DNA of 64,000 nucleotides from Blasia pusilla (taxonomy: Eukaryota). Below the pieces are notes generated by a model. It was not told the origin of the DNA and made no database searches. It worked only from the letters and a program-made list of their open reading frames with translations. The translations under genes were made by a program, and so were the position numbers. The stretch covers positions 31,124,001 to 31,188,000 of the forward strand of contig CM114271.1 in the NCBI GenBank assembly GCA_050084515.1, written 5' to 3'. Below are positions 37,200 to 49,966 of the stretch, piece by piece. Positions within the stretch are counted from its first letter, which is position 1, and every line of letters starts with the position of its first letter.

Positions 37200-39420
37200 T
37201 AACTATGGCCTAAGAAGAGATATAATAATGGAAGCTTGAAGAATAAGCTTAATATCCTTGTCTATATATTCTTGGACATCATTCAAAAAGTCTTTGAAAT
37301 GTGTCCTACCATCTTTAATCTACTGCCTAATATCATGCAGTTCAACTGCAGTAGAATAACGTGCATCCTGCTTAAGTTGCAAGACATCAAAAAAATAGGA
37401 TATTTCTGCATTAAGGCATAGCGACTGCCTTTCAACATCATCCAAAGACTGACAAATGGAGTCATAGATGATTGCAGGTTGGCTACAATTATCTTGATCC
37501 CATTTTGCAAAATTCCCAGTATACCTCTCGGCACTCATCGTCATCACTCCAAACCTGCAAGAATTTGTTCATATGAAATAGAAAAGAAAATTCAAGCCAC
37601 AAACATAGATGAGAGACAAATTGGAAAATGAAGGAGCAGGAAATTAGGATGGAGGTGTAACAACAGCTGGAAATGACATAGCATGTTGTTGCCATCATCA
37701 GATGCACGAGTATGAGAAAAAAGTGCTAAAATTCTAATGGAGAAATAATCAAAGTACAAATGAACCTAGTGAGAGTTACACAATACCACAAAAGTGAAAT
37801 TAAATGTAGTCCAGAAGGTGGGTATTTCTCAATGAAGTGAGCAAGCTCTAGATATTGAAATTGTGCAGCAAGAGCAAGTAGTACCACAAACATAATGAAG
37901 TAATCACTTAAGCTGAGCATAGAATAGAAATGGAAATGTGGAGAAGAAGAAAGTAGAAATGTCAATTTGGTGAGACAAAATGGGCAAAAATAAGATAATT
38001 GTATGGAGCACTCTAATATGTGAGAAAAAAAAATACATCGTAGATACCATGGGTGGAGCAAAATGTATTAAAATTTAAGAAGGGCATAGATTTACTGTGC
38101 AGCATTGTCTAGAACTTCCGAGCGGTGGGGAAATCTAAAGTAAAATAATTCACTGGAAAATAGAAGCCAGGATGAGCTGACCACATCAATTCATATGGCT
38201 AAACTAGTGCAGAAGTTAGTGAAAATTTTCAAGGCCATGAACAGAGCCAAATGTGCGCCACTATGGCAGTAAGATTTCCAACAAAGACTTGCACATGAAT
38301 TGAGTTGATCAGCGGCAAATGTGGAGATAAAAAGCTTACATTTGGAAATTGAGACATAAAGCAGAAAAAATTCACCAAAAATGGAACATAATACACAAAG
38401 TATCCAATACATTAGACTAATGAGAACTAATAAACAATCGTTGACTCTACAGCAGAAATACACTTGGCTAAGTGCATTGCCTTTTGCTAGGAGACTCCAG
38501 CGTTGAGAGGAACTCACTGGCTTGAGGGAGCATAGAGCTACTAGTGGGGTCATGGACATTCTTGATTGGAGAATTGACAACATTAGGATGAGGATCAGAA
38601 ACTAAGATGATAACATCATCAAACTCTGGCAGCATTGGGAAATGTGAGGGATTGTACACATCAATAGGAATAGGCTCAAAATGTGGGAGCTGCCCATTGT
38701 CTTGGGCTATCTTCATCTTATCAATGAGATGAGTAGCTTTAGCGGAGTTAAGGTCCAATTTGGTGCCTCAAGATTCGAAATTGATCCAAACTCATTCCAC
38801 CAGATATAAGATTAAAGCGCCTAGCAACGTCCTTCCTTGTCAGTGAAGTCCCTTTGAAGTCGACATTCTTGTACTTGAGAACTTCGTTTTGGATTCCAAA
38901 AATAAATTGCATGGAAGTTAATATGATATGAGTAGAGAGTATAAATTGTACAAAAATAGAAAAGAAAAACTATAGAATATAGAGGAATACTTGATGCTGG
39001 TGCATCCTTGTTCAAACGTCGGAACTTAGCATCCCAGAGCTGGCCTTGGCTAATGAGACTTTGGATCTGCCTTCTTGTTACACCATGTTCCCAGAAGGCA
39101 GGGACCATCCCTAGGTTGTCCATGTACTTGATCTGATTCTCTGTGGGAAATATGAACCTGGGCTTGAATTCTTCTGGCTACGCTTGGATGTTTGAAAGTA
39201 TCATGCTAGCGAATTCCAGGTAGCTTGAGGGCACATGTGGATCATGAATTAGATATAGCACTAAAGGGCATAATAGAAAATGAGGGAAGGAGGGTATAAG
39301 GAGTAACCTGTACAACCGTCTGAGCGGGGGCATGGTTCTATCGCTGAGATTGAAGATGTGGTAAATTTGTGGGATTCGGCTCATGCTCATACCAAGGCAA
39401 TTGCTCACTTTGCTGCAAGT
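37200..39420 (-). pseudogene. Degraded multi-exon gene of unknown function immediately downstream of the RepHel helicase
   Basis: HVPSSYLEFASMIL..ENQIKYMDNLGMVPAFWEHGVTRRQIQSLISQGQ and LDLNSAKATHLIDK are homologous to 9290-9870. AT-rich intron-like spacers between coding-like blocks; boundaries approximate. Confidence 0.65.
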
Positions 39421-39474
39421 GAGAAGCGGATCTCACACTACGTCCCCTGCTTGAGTTGGCTTTAGTCGACATGC

Positions 39475-41997
39475 CTAAGTAAGTGCTGCAGAATAGATAG
39501 CAATACAGAATTTGGAGACACTTGGAACTACCTGACCAAGCACTAGGAAGTCATTAGGCTCCAATGATCCTAATGTGTGTAGTTGATCCTTGCTCTTCAC
39601 CCTGGATAGCATAACATATACTAATCCCACAGCAAAAATTGGCTGAACAACCAGTAAAAAAGGACCTTCCACGGTAGAACACTGACTCTTGTGGGCAGTC
39701 ATGGCATAACCTAATATAAGTGGAAATGATATCTTGATATATTTACGATTCGAGTCATACCTCAGGGTAGAGAATTGGTTCTACCTATCTTGATAGCATG
39801 TCGATTGGATTGAAGAGTAACAACAATATAAACTAACTCATTGTCTTCATGAATAAGATCAGACACTGTACCAAGAGATCCATTGGCTGCCTCGCACTTC
39901 AAGTTAACATTAGATGTAATCATAACTGGACAATATAGTGCGACGAATGGTAGTTGGTGAAAAAACTCATCATTTAACCAAATATCAAATTCTGGTTGTG
40001 AGGGAGCGTCAGAAATAACATTAACTTTGATAATAGAGGCATCTCCAAAAATCCTTCTAAGTGATAGGAGATTGAATATGGCAATGTCATCACAATGAGT
40101 ACAAATGATTGTTGTGCTAGAAGTGATGAAATCTATAGCTTCATTCTCATACACAAAGCAGGATTGTAGATTGTCATCAATCTGGGCCTATGTTGGAAGA
40201 GCAGATCTGATAGAAGTTAGGAACTGATTTTAAAGAGGATCACTTGAATGGCATACAGGTGTAACCAATTCAAAGGAGAATATATTTTCCAAGAAAATAG
40301 AGGAAGTAGTATGACAGCCATGGCATACATTTTAAACTTTATGGTTGCAAACAGGTGGAAGCTGGCAGAGGTTGCCTACAAGGATGAGCAGCTCCCCACC
40401 AAGCAAATTCTGGCTGCTGCATTTTATGACTTTATTTATCCGCATCACTATAATTTGCAATAGCCTAGTTGTCACCATTGAGAACTCATCAACTACAATT
40501 ACTTGGGCAGCTTTAAGTCTCATGTAAGGATCTGAAGTAGCGTGCATAGTTGGCATATCACCATGGATGGGAATGCTGAAAGCATATTGAACTGTAAGAG
40601 CTTCTATATGAAGACGAACAACATCAATACCTGTTGTTGTAGTGAGTAGAGGTGACATTCCCTTAGATTTCCACTAATCATACATGAATTTCACAAAGAA
40701 AAACTTACCACAACCAGGTCCTCCTTTGAGGAGGATTAAATAAGATGTAAGAGATGTGATGTGTGCAAAGAGGAGTGTATGTTCAAGGTTGAGGATTGCA
40801 ATATCTAGCTGATCGGGCACATCCTCTTCATATGGATGGATAGAGCCACTATGCATAGTTTCAAAATTGATGAAGGAACTTATATCCATGTCAAGCTCAG
40901 GCTGCTCAATGCTAGTTGCTTTAGCAATTATTTCTGCCTCGTAAACTTGACTCCACAAGTTTTTGACTGCGTGTTCTTTACTGAGCTTATGGACGTCAAG
41001 CATATCATGAATTAATTTCCTATGAATGCACTCATGTATATGTGTCCAATTCTGGGCCTGGAATGATGTGAGGGTTTTCTCAGATCTAAACGGACATTCT
41101 CAAGTAGCACTAAATAAAAGAATTCATTCCACTCATAAGGTGGATGGAATTCAGTGAATTTAACAAGACGATTATTCCTACTAAAATTATTACCTAAGTG
41201 ATCCAATCCAAAAAACTTTATCACTTGGATTCTTTGGATAGGCTTCCAAGATCTCGTAACTATTCCAAAAAGCAAAGGATGATAGTTCTTCAAGAGCAAC
41301 TGGCCTATTTGCGTAGAAAGTTGTGGGATGAATGCATGGTATAGATGCGGATTTGTAGCGATAAGTTCTCCTTGAGGGAGGGTTGCAATCAACATAGTGA
41401 ATGGCTTGCGACCTATATATAATTGGAATCTAAAGAGAGGTTTGTGCAGCTTTTGTAGATGAGATAGCTCTGTTTAGAACAACCCCGAAGACAAGACGTA
41501 GCTTAATGTCATCTAATCCACCAAGTCCGAGAGATTTAGCTGATTTTGTATCAATATCTAAAGACCCAGTGGGCTCTGACTTCAAAGCATATTAGAGAAG
41601 ATAAAAGGACCAGTCAACATTGGTTACCCTTTGGATGTTCATGTGGGCTCCCGAGAGCAGGAGCACTAGGGGATGGTATGGAATGACATTACGGTGCTCA
41701 GCTGAGGGCCTAAAGTAACTCCACTTCATTGAACGCGGATCAATAAATGGATGCAGATTAGGATTCACATGAGCAGAGAATCCTAGGTAACAATATGGTT
41801 TTTGGGACCGCTTTCTCACTATGCAAACTCCTTCCTTGCTTCGGTGCAATTGCTTCTGAAGCACTAGGCTTAAGAGTTCATCATTTGGGCTGAGGGTAGA
41901 CCTAGAATGCAGGAGATGCAACTTGGGGTCAACACATGGGATATATGAACATATTTCTGATGAAATTCGGTCAACATCATCTGGATGGAGACACAAA
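39475..41997 (-). pseudogene. Helitron-like RepHel, C-terminal part: end of the HUH Rep domain plus PIF1-family helicase
   Basis: NVIPYHP..AHMNIQ..YLL*YALK (Rep motif 3, about 41580-41700); GGPGCGK (40704-40724); VIVVDEFSMV; LVGNLCQLPPV; NGSLG; TAHKSQ; YVMLSRVKS. Multiple stops and frameshifts. Confidence 0.9.
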
Positions 41998-42955
41998 TGT
42001 TGCGACCCTCATAACCAAACAACACCAAATAGGCGCCAAGCGAAACATCAGAACTCAAAGGAACTCACGCTGCGAGGTTTGCGCTTTGGAGAGGCGTTTG
42101 GAAAAGTCTCTTGGAAAAGTCTAAGAGACGAAACGCAGAACAAAGTTGTGCGTTTCATGCGTTAGTGGTCGTAACCAGAAAACCTAGACCAAACGCGAGC
42201 CAAGATTTGAGATGAGTTGAGTCTTGGGAGGTTGGTTGCCAAAGAGGTGAGAACCAGTTTGGAACACGACTAGCGTTTGGGAGAATCTGACTGCGTTTAG
42301 GACCATAACGTTGAGCGTTCGGGACAAGTAAGGGCGCGTTAGAAAGCTGATCTTGAGATGCTTTCGACGCACCAAAATCTCAGCAAACGCATAAGTACAG
42401 GCTGAGATATTGGCCGAAAACGATTGAGAGAGCAATCGGGTTGAGGGCCAATTGGAGAGGCCCGGGTGTCTTTCCCTAAATGTAGGCGGGCCCCGGAGAT
42501 CCCCAGAAGTACTAGTAAAGGAGGACTCTCTCCGAGATGTCTCGGGAAATGAATCCCCACTTTGGGCGCCAAACGGCGTTTCAGGGGCACGGGATGGAAC
42601 GGGAGTTTGGCGTTGGAACTCGAAACCCAAACCTGATCCAAGGGAGTGGACTTTGTACGCCACACTTGGATTCCAACCCGAGATTCACTTCGTGCGAATC
42701 TTGGTGAGGAACTCATTGGATGTCTATCGAACAGTTGGAACCGCTAGGCGCGAAACGTTGTTTCAGGTTCTTGAACCGACCAGAAAGTCTGTCCCAAGTC
42801 TTTTGAGATTTGCCCGTGTTGTAAATCGCGAAACTAGGAAGGTTGAGCTTGATGAGAGTCCGAGACGAGAACTCGGAAAGTAATCCCCCTGATTGATCCA
42901 AGACCCGACTAATCGAAGTGCGTGTGTGGATGCAGATGAGCATTGAGAGCGTGAC

Positions 42956-43957
42956 TGTCGCGACCTTCATGACCAAACAAGTGCCAAGCGGAACATCGGA
43001 ACATTAGCGGGCTCACGCTTAGATGGTTTGCGCGTTGGAGTTGTCTCAAAGAGGAGACAAGAGACGAGACGCGAGCGAGAAGTCGCGTTTCAGATGTGAT
43101 GGTCGCGACTGAGAAACCTGGACCAAACGCGGAATGAGACTTGAAAGAAGTCGAGTCTAGGAAGTGGGTTGCCAAAGGAAAGATCCGGATTTGGAACGCC
43201 ACTTGTGTTTGAGAGTTTCCAACTGTATTTATGGCCATAACTTTTAGCACCGAGATGCGTTTGGAGCAAATAAGAGTGCGTTGGAAAGCTTATGAAGAGC
43301 CGGTTCAAACACACCAAAGATCGCTGCAAACGCATAAGCAGCGGCCGAGATAAGACCCGAAAACGACTGTAAGTGGAGTCGGGTTGAGGGCCACAATGAA
43401 GGGCCCGAACCTCTTTTCCCAAAGGGGAGGGGTTATTGGAGAACCCCATAAGTACTAGTAAGGGGGAAGGTCTCCAAGAGTGCTTGGAACCCAAACCCCA
43501 CTTTGGGCGCCGCGGGGCGGCTCAAGGGCATGGAACGGAACGCGAGTTTGGGCGTTGGGTTGGAAAACCTGCACCAAGTCCATTGAGGCGATTTTAGACA
43601 TCCCTCTTGGATTTCACGCCGCGACTCAATTACTTGGGTCTCGGTTCGGAACTCACACGAGGACCGTTGAACAGTTGGGATCGCTAGGCGTGCAAGTGCC
43701 GTTTCAGATCCCTGGACTAACCAGGAAGTCTGTTCCAAGTCTTGAAGGACTTGCCATGTGTTGGGAGCTAGGAACTAAGGAAGGTTGAGCTTGATGAGAC
43801 GCCGAGTTTAGGACTCGGTGGGTTGGAACGCCGGTTGGCCAAACCCGACTAACGAGAGTGCGTGTTTGGGTGCAGATCGGCGATGAGTTCGTGACCTACT
43901 GAACGCACGCTTCAGCAACACTAAAGATTGACGTTCAAGGAGAGTAGGGGCGCGACA
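42956..43957 (+). mobile_element. Solo LTR of a related, diverged family nested in the 5' LTR
   Basis: TGTCGCG...CGCGACA; perfect 5-bp TSD GTGAC at 42951-42955 and 43958-43962. Removing it restores colinearity with the 3' LTR. Confidence 0.92.
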
Positions 43958-44026
43958 GTGACCTACTGAATGCACGCTTCCGCAACAAACAAGATTAACG
44001 TTCAAGGAGAGTAGGCACACAACACG

Positions 44027-44038
44027 TGGTATCAGAGC
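44027..44038 (+). promoter_or_regulatory. Primer-binding site complementary to the 3' end of initiator tRNA-Met
   Basis: TGGTATCAGAGC, 2 nt after the CA end of the 5' LTR. Confidence 0.9.
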
Positions 44039-44174
44039 TTATCCTTGATGAGTGTGAACTTGGGGTTGTTGAAGATCTGGACGTTTGGGAAGAACTCAAG
44101 GTAGCCGGAAGACCGCGACGTTGAGGAGGAACGTAAGAGTTGAGGAGGAGATCTGAGAAAGCAAAGACTCGCAA

Positions 44175-47100
44175 ATGGGGACCAAAGGCGAAGAACCGAG
44201 GAAACCGCGAGTCAAAGCAAAAAAGCCGAGAGACGAATCAATGACGGACCGAGAGCCAGAGGTGGAATTTGCGACTCCCAAAGTGCCGAGTCCTAGACAT
44301 GAGGATGTTCCAACCAAAAATCTTTCCGCGGGACCTTCAGTTCCAAACTTAAACCATCCGGTCTTTTATATCCAAATGATGGGATGGATGAAGGTGATGG
44401 CGGACCAGATGGCCGAACAGAGCAAAGTGATATCAGAATTCAAGTCAAATGGAGCCTCTAGTTCCGGCAAGAAGCTTTGTAAGACTAATTTGCCAACGCC
44501 ATTCACCGGAATGGGGTGTTCTCGGAAAGTGAGCGAGTTTTTAAAGGAACTCGAACTTTATCTCGAAGCGCAAAAGGCAGACAAACAAGACAAAGTGACT
44601 GTAGAGGTCACGTTTCTGAAGAATCATGCTCTCCATTGGTGGACGGCTCACCGTAAAGAACATCTAGGTCATGGGAAAACGTTGAGTTGGGAAGATTTCA
44701 AGGAGTTGATTGGGAACCGATTCACTCCGGAATATCAGGAGTATCGCGATGGCATGGAGGTGGTGAGGTTGCGCCAGAGTGGATCCCTTGGCGCTTATGT
44801 GCGAGAGTTTAGTGCACTTTCCACGGATGAACATACAAAAAAGGTGATCTTCCTAAGTGGACTCAAACCGAGTGCCGAAAAGGCCCTCTTTTGTATGCCT
44901 CACATCCCATAGACGTGCGCGGATCTTCTGAGACTAGCAGAGCGGATTGGGGACGATGAAGTCCAACACCCGAAACCCTTTGAGCCAAAACGTTTTTGTA
45001 AGTTACCGAAAAACAAAGGGACATCCAAGAGGGTTTGGAATTGGGGTGAGCGCGACCACGTAGGGTTTCTTGCCCCAGCAGCAAAACGAGTGGAACTCAA
45101 CGCAAAGCCAAAAGGGCCGCCGTTTACGAAGTCAACGAATGCCAAAGTGATTTGCTACAACTGTGGTGAACTGTGTGGACATATGGCTAAGGAATGTGTT
45201 AGGCCCAAGGTTAGTAAACTGAGTATGATTACGTTTGCCGCTAAGCATTTATCGGAGGGAGATCTAGATACATCTCTACAAGTCACCAAGAGAACGCCCA
45301 ATTTGGTTTACCTAGGATCCAGGATCGCTAATCGCGATGTAATGTTGCTCGTTGATACTGGTGCTTCGCACTCATTCTTGAGTCCGAGAATCGTGAAAAC
45401 GTTGGGATTACCAACCACCAAGGTGGATGAACCCATTAGGGTAGGATTCGCGGGAGGCAAGTCCCACCAGACTTCAGATCTGGTTTTAGGGCTAGTTGTG
45501 AGATGCGGAGTATTTGAGTTGAAGGAGAATTTCACAGTTTGCGACATGGACGGTATCGACGGAGTCTTGGGGAACACATTCTTGGATGCGTATGAGGTGG
45601 AATTGAGGCGAAGACTTTTGAGGTTGAGCATCTTGGTTAACGGCAAACGGACGGACGTCATATTGGTTTGCGAGGTGCCTAGGAAGACGGAGTTGGTGAA
45701 TGCCATCACAAGGACGAGTTTGGCCGAGTTAGAGGAAGGATTCCTTTGCTTGATGAGACAAGTAGAGGATGATGCACGCACGAGATGTAGAGATCAGAAC
45801 TCAGCTTCAAGGGGAATCCCTGAAACACTCAAAAGAGTTGTGAAAGAATTTGGAGATGTGTTGACTAAGGAGCTTCCGACTGAGTTGCCACCACATAGGG
45901 CGGTTGATCATAAGATTGAGGTGATACCATGATCTCAACCACCTTCAAAAGCACCATATAGGTTGAATCAAGAGGAACTTGCTGAGTTGAAGAAACAATT
46001 GGGTGAACTCCTAGAGAGGGGTTACATCCGAACAAGCAAGTCACCTTATGGGGCGCCCGTTCTCTTTGTAAAGAAGAAGGATGGGAAGTTGAGACTCTGT
46101 GTTGATTATCGGGCGTTGAATAAAGTGAATGTAAGGAACAACTATCCTCTACCAAGGATGGATGACCTCTTTGATCAATTTTTGGGTTCCAAGTATTTCA
46201 GCCGGATTGACCTGAAATCAGTATATTATCAGATTCGGATTGCCGAAGCGGATGTAGAGAAGACTGCGTTGTCGTATAGTAAAATCAACTAGTGTGTAAA
46301 CTCCTTCGTCATTAAGTGTTAGATAGAGTTTCATTAGTATTAAGTAAATTGGCTTAGAAAAAGGAGATTCTTATGTTTAAATCTCTTTATGGTGCCTCTT
46401 TTATGCGGGCCCAACTTTAGGAAAAGGAGGTAATAAATAAAAGATGACTTTATAAAAGTAAAGTAGTTGCTTTAATGAAAAGCAAAAGTAGTCTTGGTTG
46501 GTGGCTAGGTTAGTTGGGGTAATTTGGAAAATATCATGTGGGTAAAAGAGGATATTTTGGAAGAGATAAGAGGAAATCTACTTGTGTCAAAATGTGATTG
46601 GCTAAGCCTTGAGAGGAAGCCATGTGGCACAAGATAAGATAAGCTCTATTTCGTACTCTTGTGGATCCCTTGTGAGTATATAAAGAGGAGGGACCTTTAA
46701 GGGTTCATCACCTTCTATTCCACATCTTGAGTCTTTCGTGTCTCTCTTGAGTGTATGGCTTTGGGATTACTTGCTCTTCCAATGAGAGTGGATCACCCCT
46801 CTTGGGAGAGTAACTTGACCATGGTCTATTGTTCGAGAGATTTCTAGAGTGGTGCGTGTGTGTGTGGGAATGAGAGGTTTGTCACAGAGAGGAGTTTAGT
46901 CATACTAAAATAGCGGATGTTTTTTGTTACTTCCCCAATGAGAGTGGATTACCCTCTTGGGAGAATAACTCCGCCAAAACCCATTCTTGAGGAGAGTAGA
47001 GAATGTCTCCAAGCATGGATAGGGGGTGGAGCACGAGCCATTTGTGCCCGACTTTCCTTTCCTCAATCCTTACCATGTCAAGGTACTCTTTGTAGATAGG

Positions 47101-49966
47101 CACTGGTTCACTCGCTATTTAGTTTATCACTTTGGGGAGGCGTTCATGAATCAGGTCATGCAATCTCCAACTCCGGTGATTCTTCCTATTGTCACATATG
47201 GAAGGACATGGGATTGTACTTTGTATGTCCTTATATAGCAATCCATGGATGTCAATAGGTCTGCTCAAGTAGGGTTTAACACTAGTTGTGCTATCTTCCT
47301 CGTGTACAAGCGTAAAATAGTTTATAGGGATTTTATAGTTAGGAATTTTGGGGTCCGATGTTACGAAGAAGTGATCGCCTCAAGCACTTCCATTTGTGAT
47401 ACTGCAATCGTGAGAGAATGGAGAGTGTACATCATAATTTTATATTGAAAAAGGAGAACTTATTAGAGAGCTCACCTTGCATCAACCGCATCTACCGCAG
47501 CTAGAAGGCCCGCCCTTGCTCGAAGAAAGACTCTCGACACGACAGCGTGTAGAACGAGATACGGTTCGTTCGAGTTTGTGATGATGCCTTTTGGTCTTTG
47601 TAATGCGCCTTTGACGTTTACCACTTTGATGAACTCCATCTTTCATAAGGAGACGGATGAGTTTGTGATCATCTATATTGATGACATACTCATCTATTCG
47701 AAAACACTAGAGGAGCACGCTCGACATTTGAAGACGGTGTTTGAGAAACTTAGGGAACAAGTCAGTATGCGAATGCGGATAAAGTGAGTTCGGTTTGACG
47801 AAGATCAAGTTCTTGGGGCATGTGGTTAGTGCGGATGGAGTGAGTCCAGACATGGAGAAGGTAAGCGCAATTGCCGAACGGGAACCGCCTTCCACGGTGA
47901 AGGGATGAGAAGGTTCATCGAGCGATCCGATTTTACGGACATACGTGAAGAACTTTTCGGGAATAGTGAAACCTCTCACGGATTGGACCGCAAAGTTTTC
48001 CAATACTATATGGACCGAGGAAGTGGATAAAGCGTTCAATCGAGTCAAAGAGATCCTCTTGCAGAACCGGATTCAAAGCGCGGAGTTTGACCAACCGTTC
48101 GAAGTGCACACGGATGCTAGTGATTTCGCGATTGCGGGAATGTTGGTGCCAAAAGGGAGACCTATAGCATACGAGAGCAAGAAGCTTAGCAACACCGAAA
48201 GGAGATGGCCTACTCATGAGAAAGAGTTGTTTGCAGTGGTTCACTACTTGAGGAAGTGGCGTCACTATGTGGGACTTCACAAGACTCGAGTATTCACCGA
48301 TAATATATCGCTCAAGTATTTTGAGACCCAGGATCACGTAACGCCAAAGCAACTTCGGTGGCATGATACCTTGGCATTGATGAATGTGGAGCTAATCCAC
48401 AAGCCGGGGAAAGACAATGTCATTCCAGATGCGTTAAGTCGCAGGGATGAGCACATGCCATCGACGACACAAGTGTTGAGAGCAATGTTCCCTAATGAAA
48501 CAGACCTGGAAAGAAGGATTCGTGAAGGATACATGAAGGATGCGCAAGCGAGGGAGTACCTTGGGAAGTTAAAGCGGGGCGAGAAGGTGGCCAATCTGAG
48601 TTTGAGACACAACTTGCTAAGGTTTAAGCAGAGCAGGATCTATGTAGGCCAAGGCAAGCTACGGACCAAGGTGTTTGTGGAATGTCATGATGGACCTTTG
48701 GCTAGACACAAAGGGGAGAAATCCACTCTTGCTGTTTTGACCAAAAGGTTCTTTTGGCCCAACATGAAGGAAGATGTTGCTCAATATGTGAAAAAATGCG
48801 TGACCTGTTAGGCGAACCGCGTTTCTTATGCAAAGAAACAAGGCTTACTTCATCCTTTGCCAATCCCGGAGGGACCCTTGCAAAGCATTAGCATGGACTT
48901 CATTATGAGTCTTTCGGAATCTGAGGGATACAACGCTATATTTGTGATAGTTGATCGGTTTAGCAAGTTGGTGAGGTTTGTGCCGACGAGAGAGTCTGCG
49001 ACGGCCTACACGACTCCCCGACTGTTCCTGGATGGTTGGTGGCGAGCGCACGGATTTCCTAGGAGCATTGTGTCCGATCGAGATCTGAAGTCTACCAGTG
49101 CCTTTTGGAAACATCTATTCAGGAGGTTCCGGACCAAACTCAGCTTTAGTACGGCCTTCCATCCTCAAACGGATGGGCAAACGGAAAAAGTAAACTCGAT
49201 CGTAAACCAATACTTACGGAATCACGTGAGTGCAGACCAGAGAGATTGGGCCAAGTGGTTAAGTATGGCTAAGTATTGTTACAACTCGACTAAGAATTCA
49301 GCAACCGGAGAATCTCCGTTTCTTCTGGCGTATCAAAGAGAACCAAAAGGGCCTCTTGACTTAGCTCTTTTGAAGGGCGCTACATAGACACACACTCGTT
49401 AAGCAACCGCGGAATGTTTGTTAGTGGAAATGCAGGAACGACAAGAGCGAGCGAGGAAAAGTCTCGCCAAGGCTCAACTAAGGTACGTGAAGCATGCTAA
49501 CAAAAGTCGGCGCCAAGTGAGTTTCCAAGTTGGGGAACAAGTATGGTTGAGTGTAAAGAATCTCACTCTTTCGAAGAAATTGTCCGCAAAATTTTCAGCC
49601 AAGTATGTTGGATCGTATGTGATCAAGGCAAAGCCGTTTGAGGATGTGTACACATTGGAGCTGCCAAACGAGTTCAAGATTCACCCGACTTTCCATGTGT
49701 CATTATTGAAGAAGTGTCTTCAAGACAATGTGAGTCCGGAGCAAAGGAGGATGTTGAGACCATAACCGGTCATCAGAAATGAGGAACCAGAGTTTGAGGT
49801 TGAGACCATTTTGCGTTCCAGACGTAGAGCCACCAAGTACGAGTACTTGGTCAAGTGGAAAGGCTACCATGTGAAAGAGGCGACTTGGATTGCGGAGGCG
49901 GATCTTGAACACACGCAAGAAGCATTGCGTGACTTCAGATGGATGCAAGAAAGGCACGTGCGTTAG
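44175..49966 (+). pseudogene. gag-pol of the chromovirus: gag, zinc knuckle, protease, RT, RNase H, integrase, chromodomain; disabled
   Basis: [91 protein letters not shown] (49790-49890). Stops at about 44910, 45930, 48809, 49385 and 49763; insertion at 46270. Confidence 0.93.
46270..47544. mobile_element. 1275-bp solo-LTR-like insertion in the RT domain
   Basis: TGTCGT...ACGACA; 4-bp TSD GCGT at 46266-46269 and 47545-47548. Removing it restores [14 protein letters not shown]. Confidence 0.92.

Noticed and set aside
42184-43788. Several ORFs of 100-160 aa within LTRs (also 11840-12479 and 50804-51641)
   Set aside because: They lie in non-coding LTR sequence and their frames are not preserved between copies.
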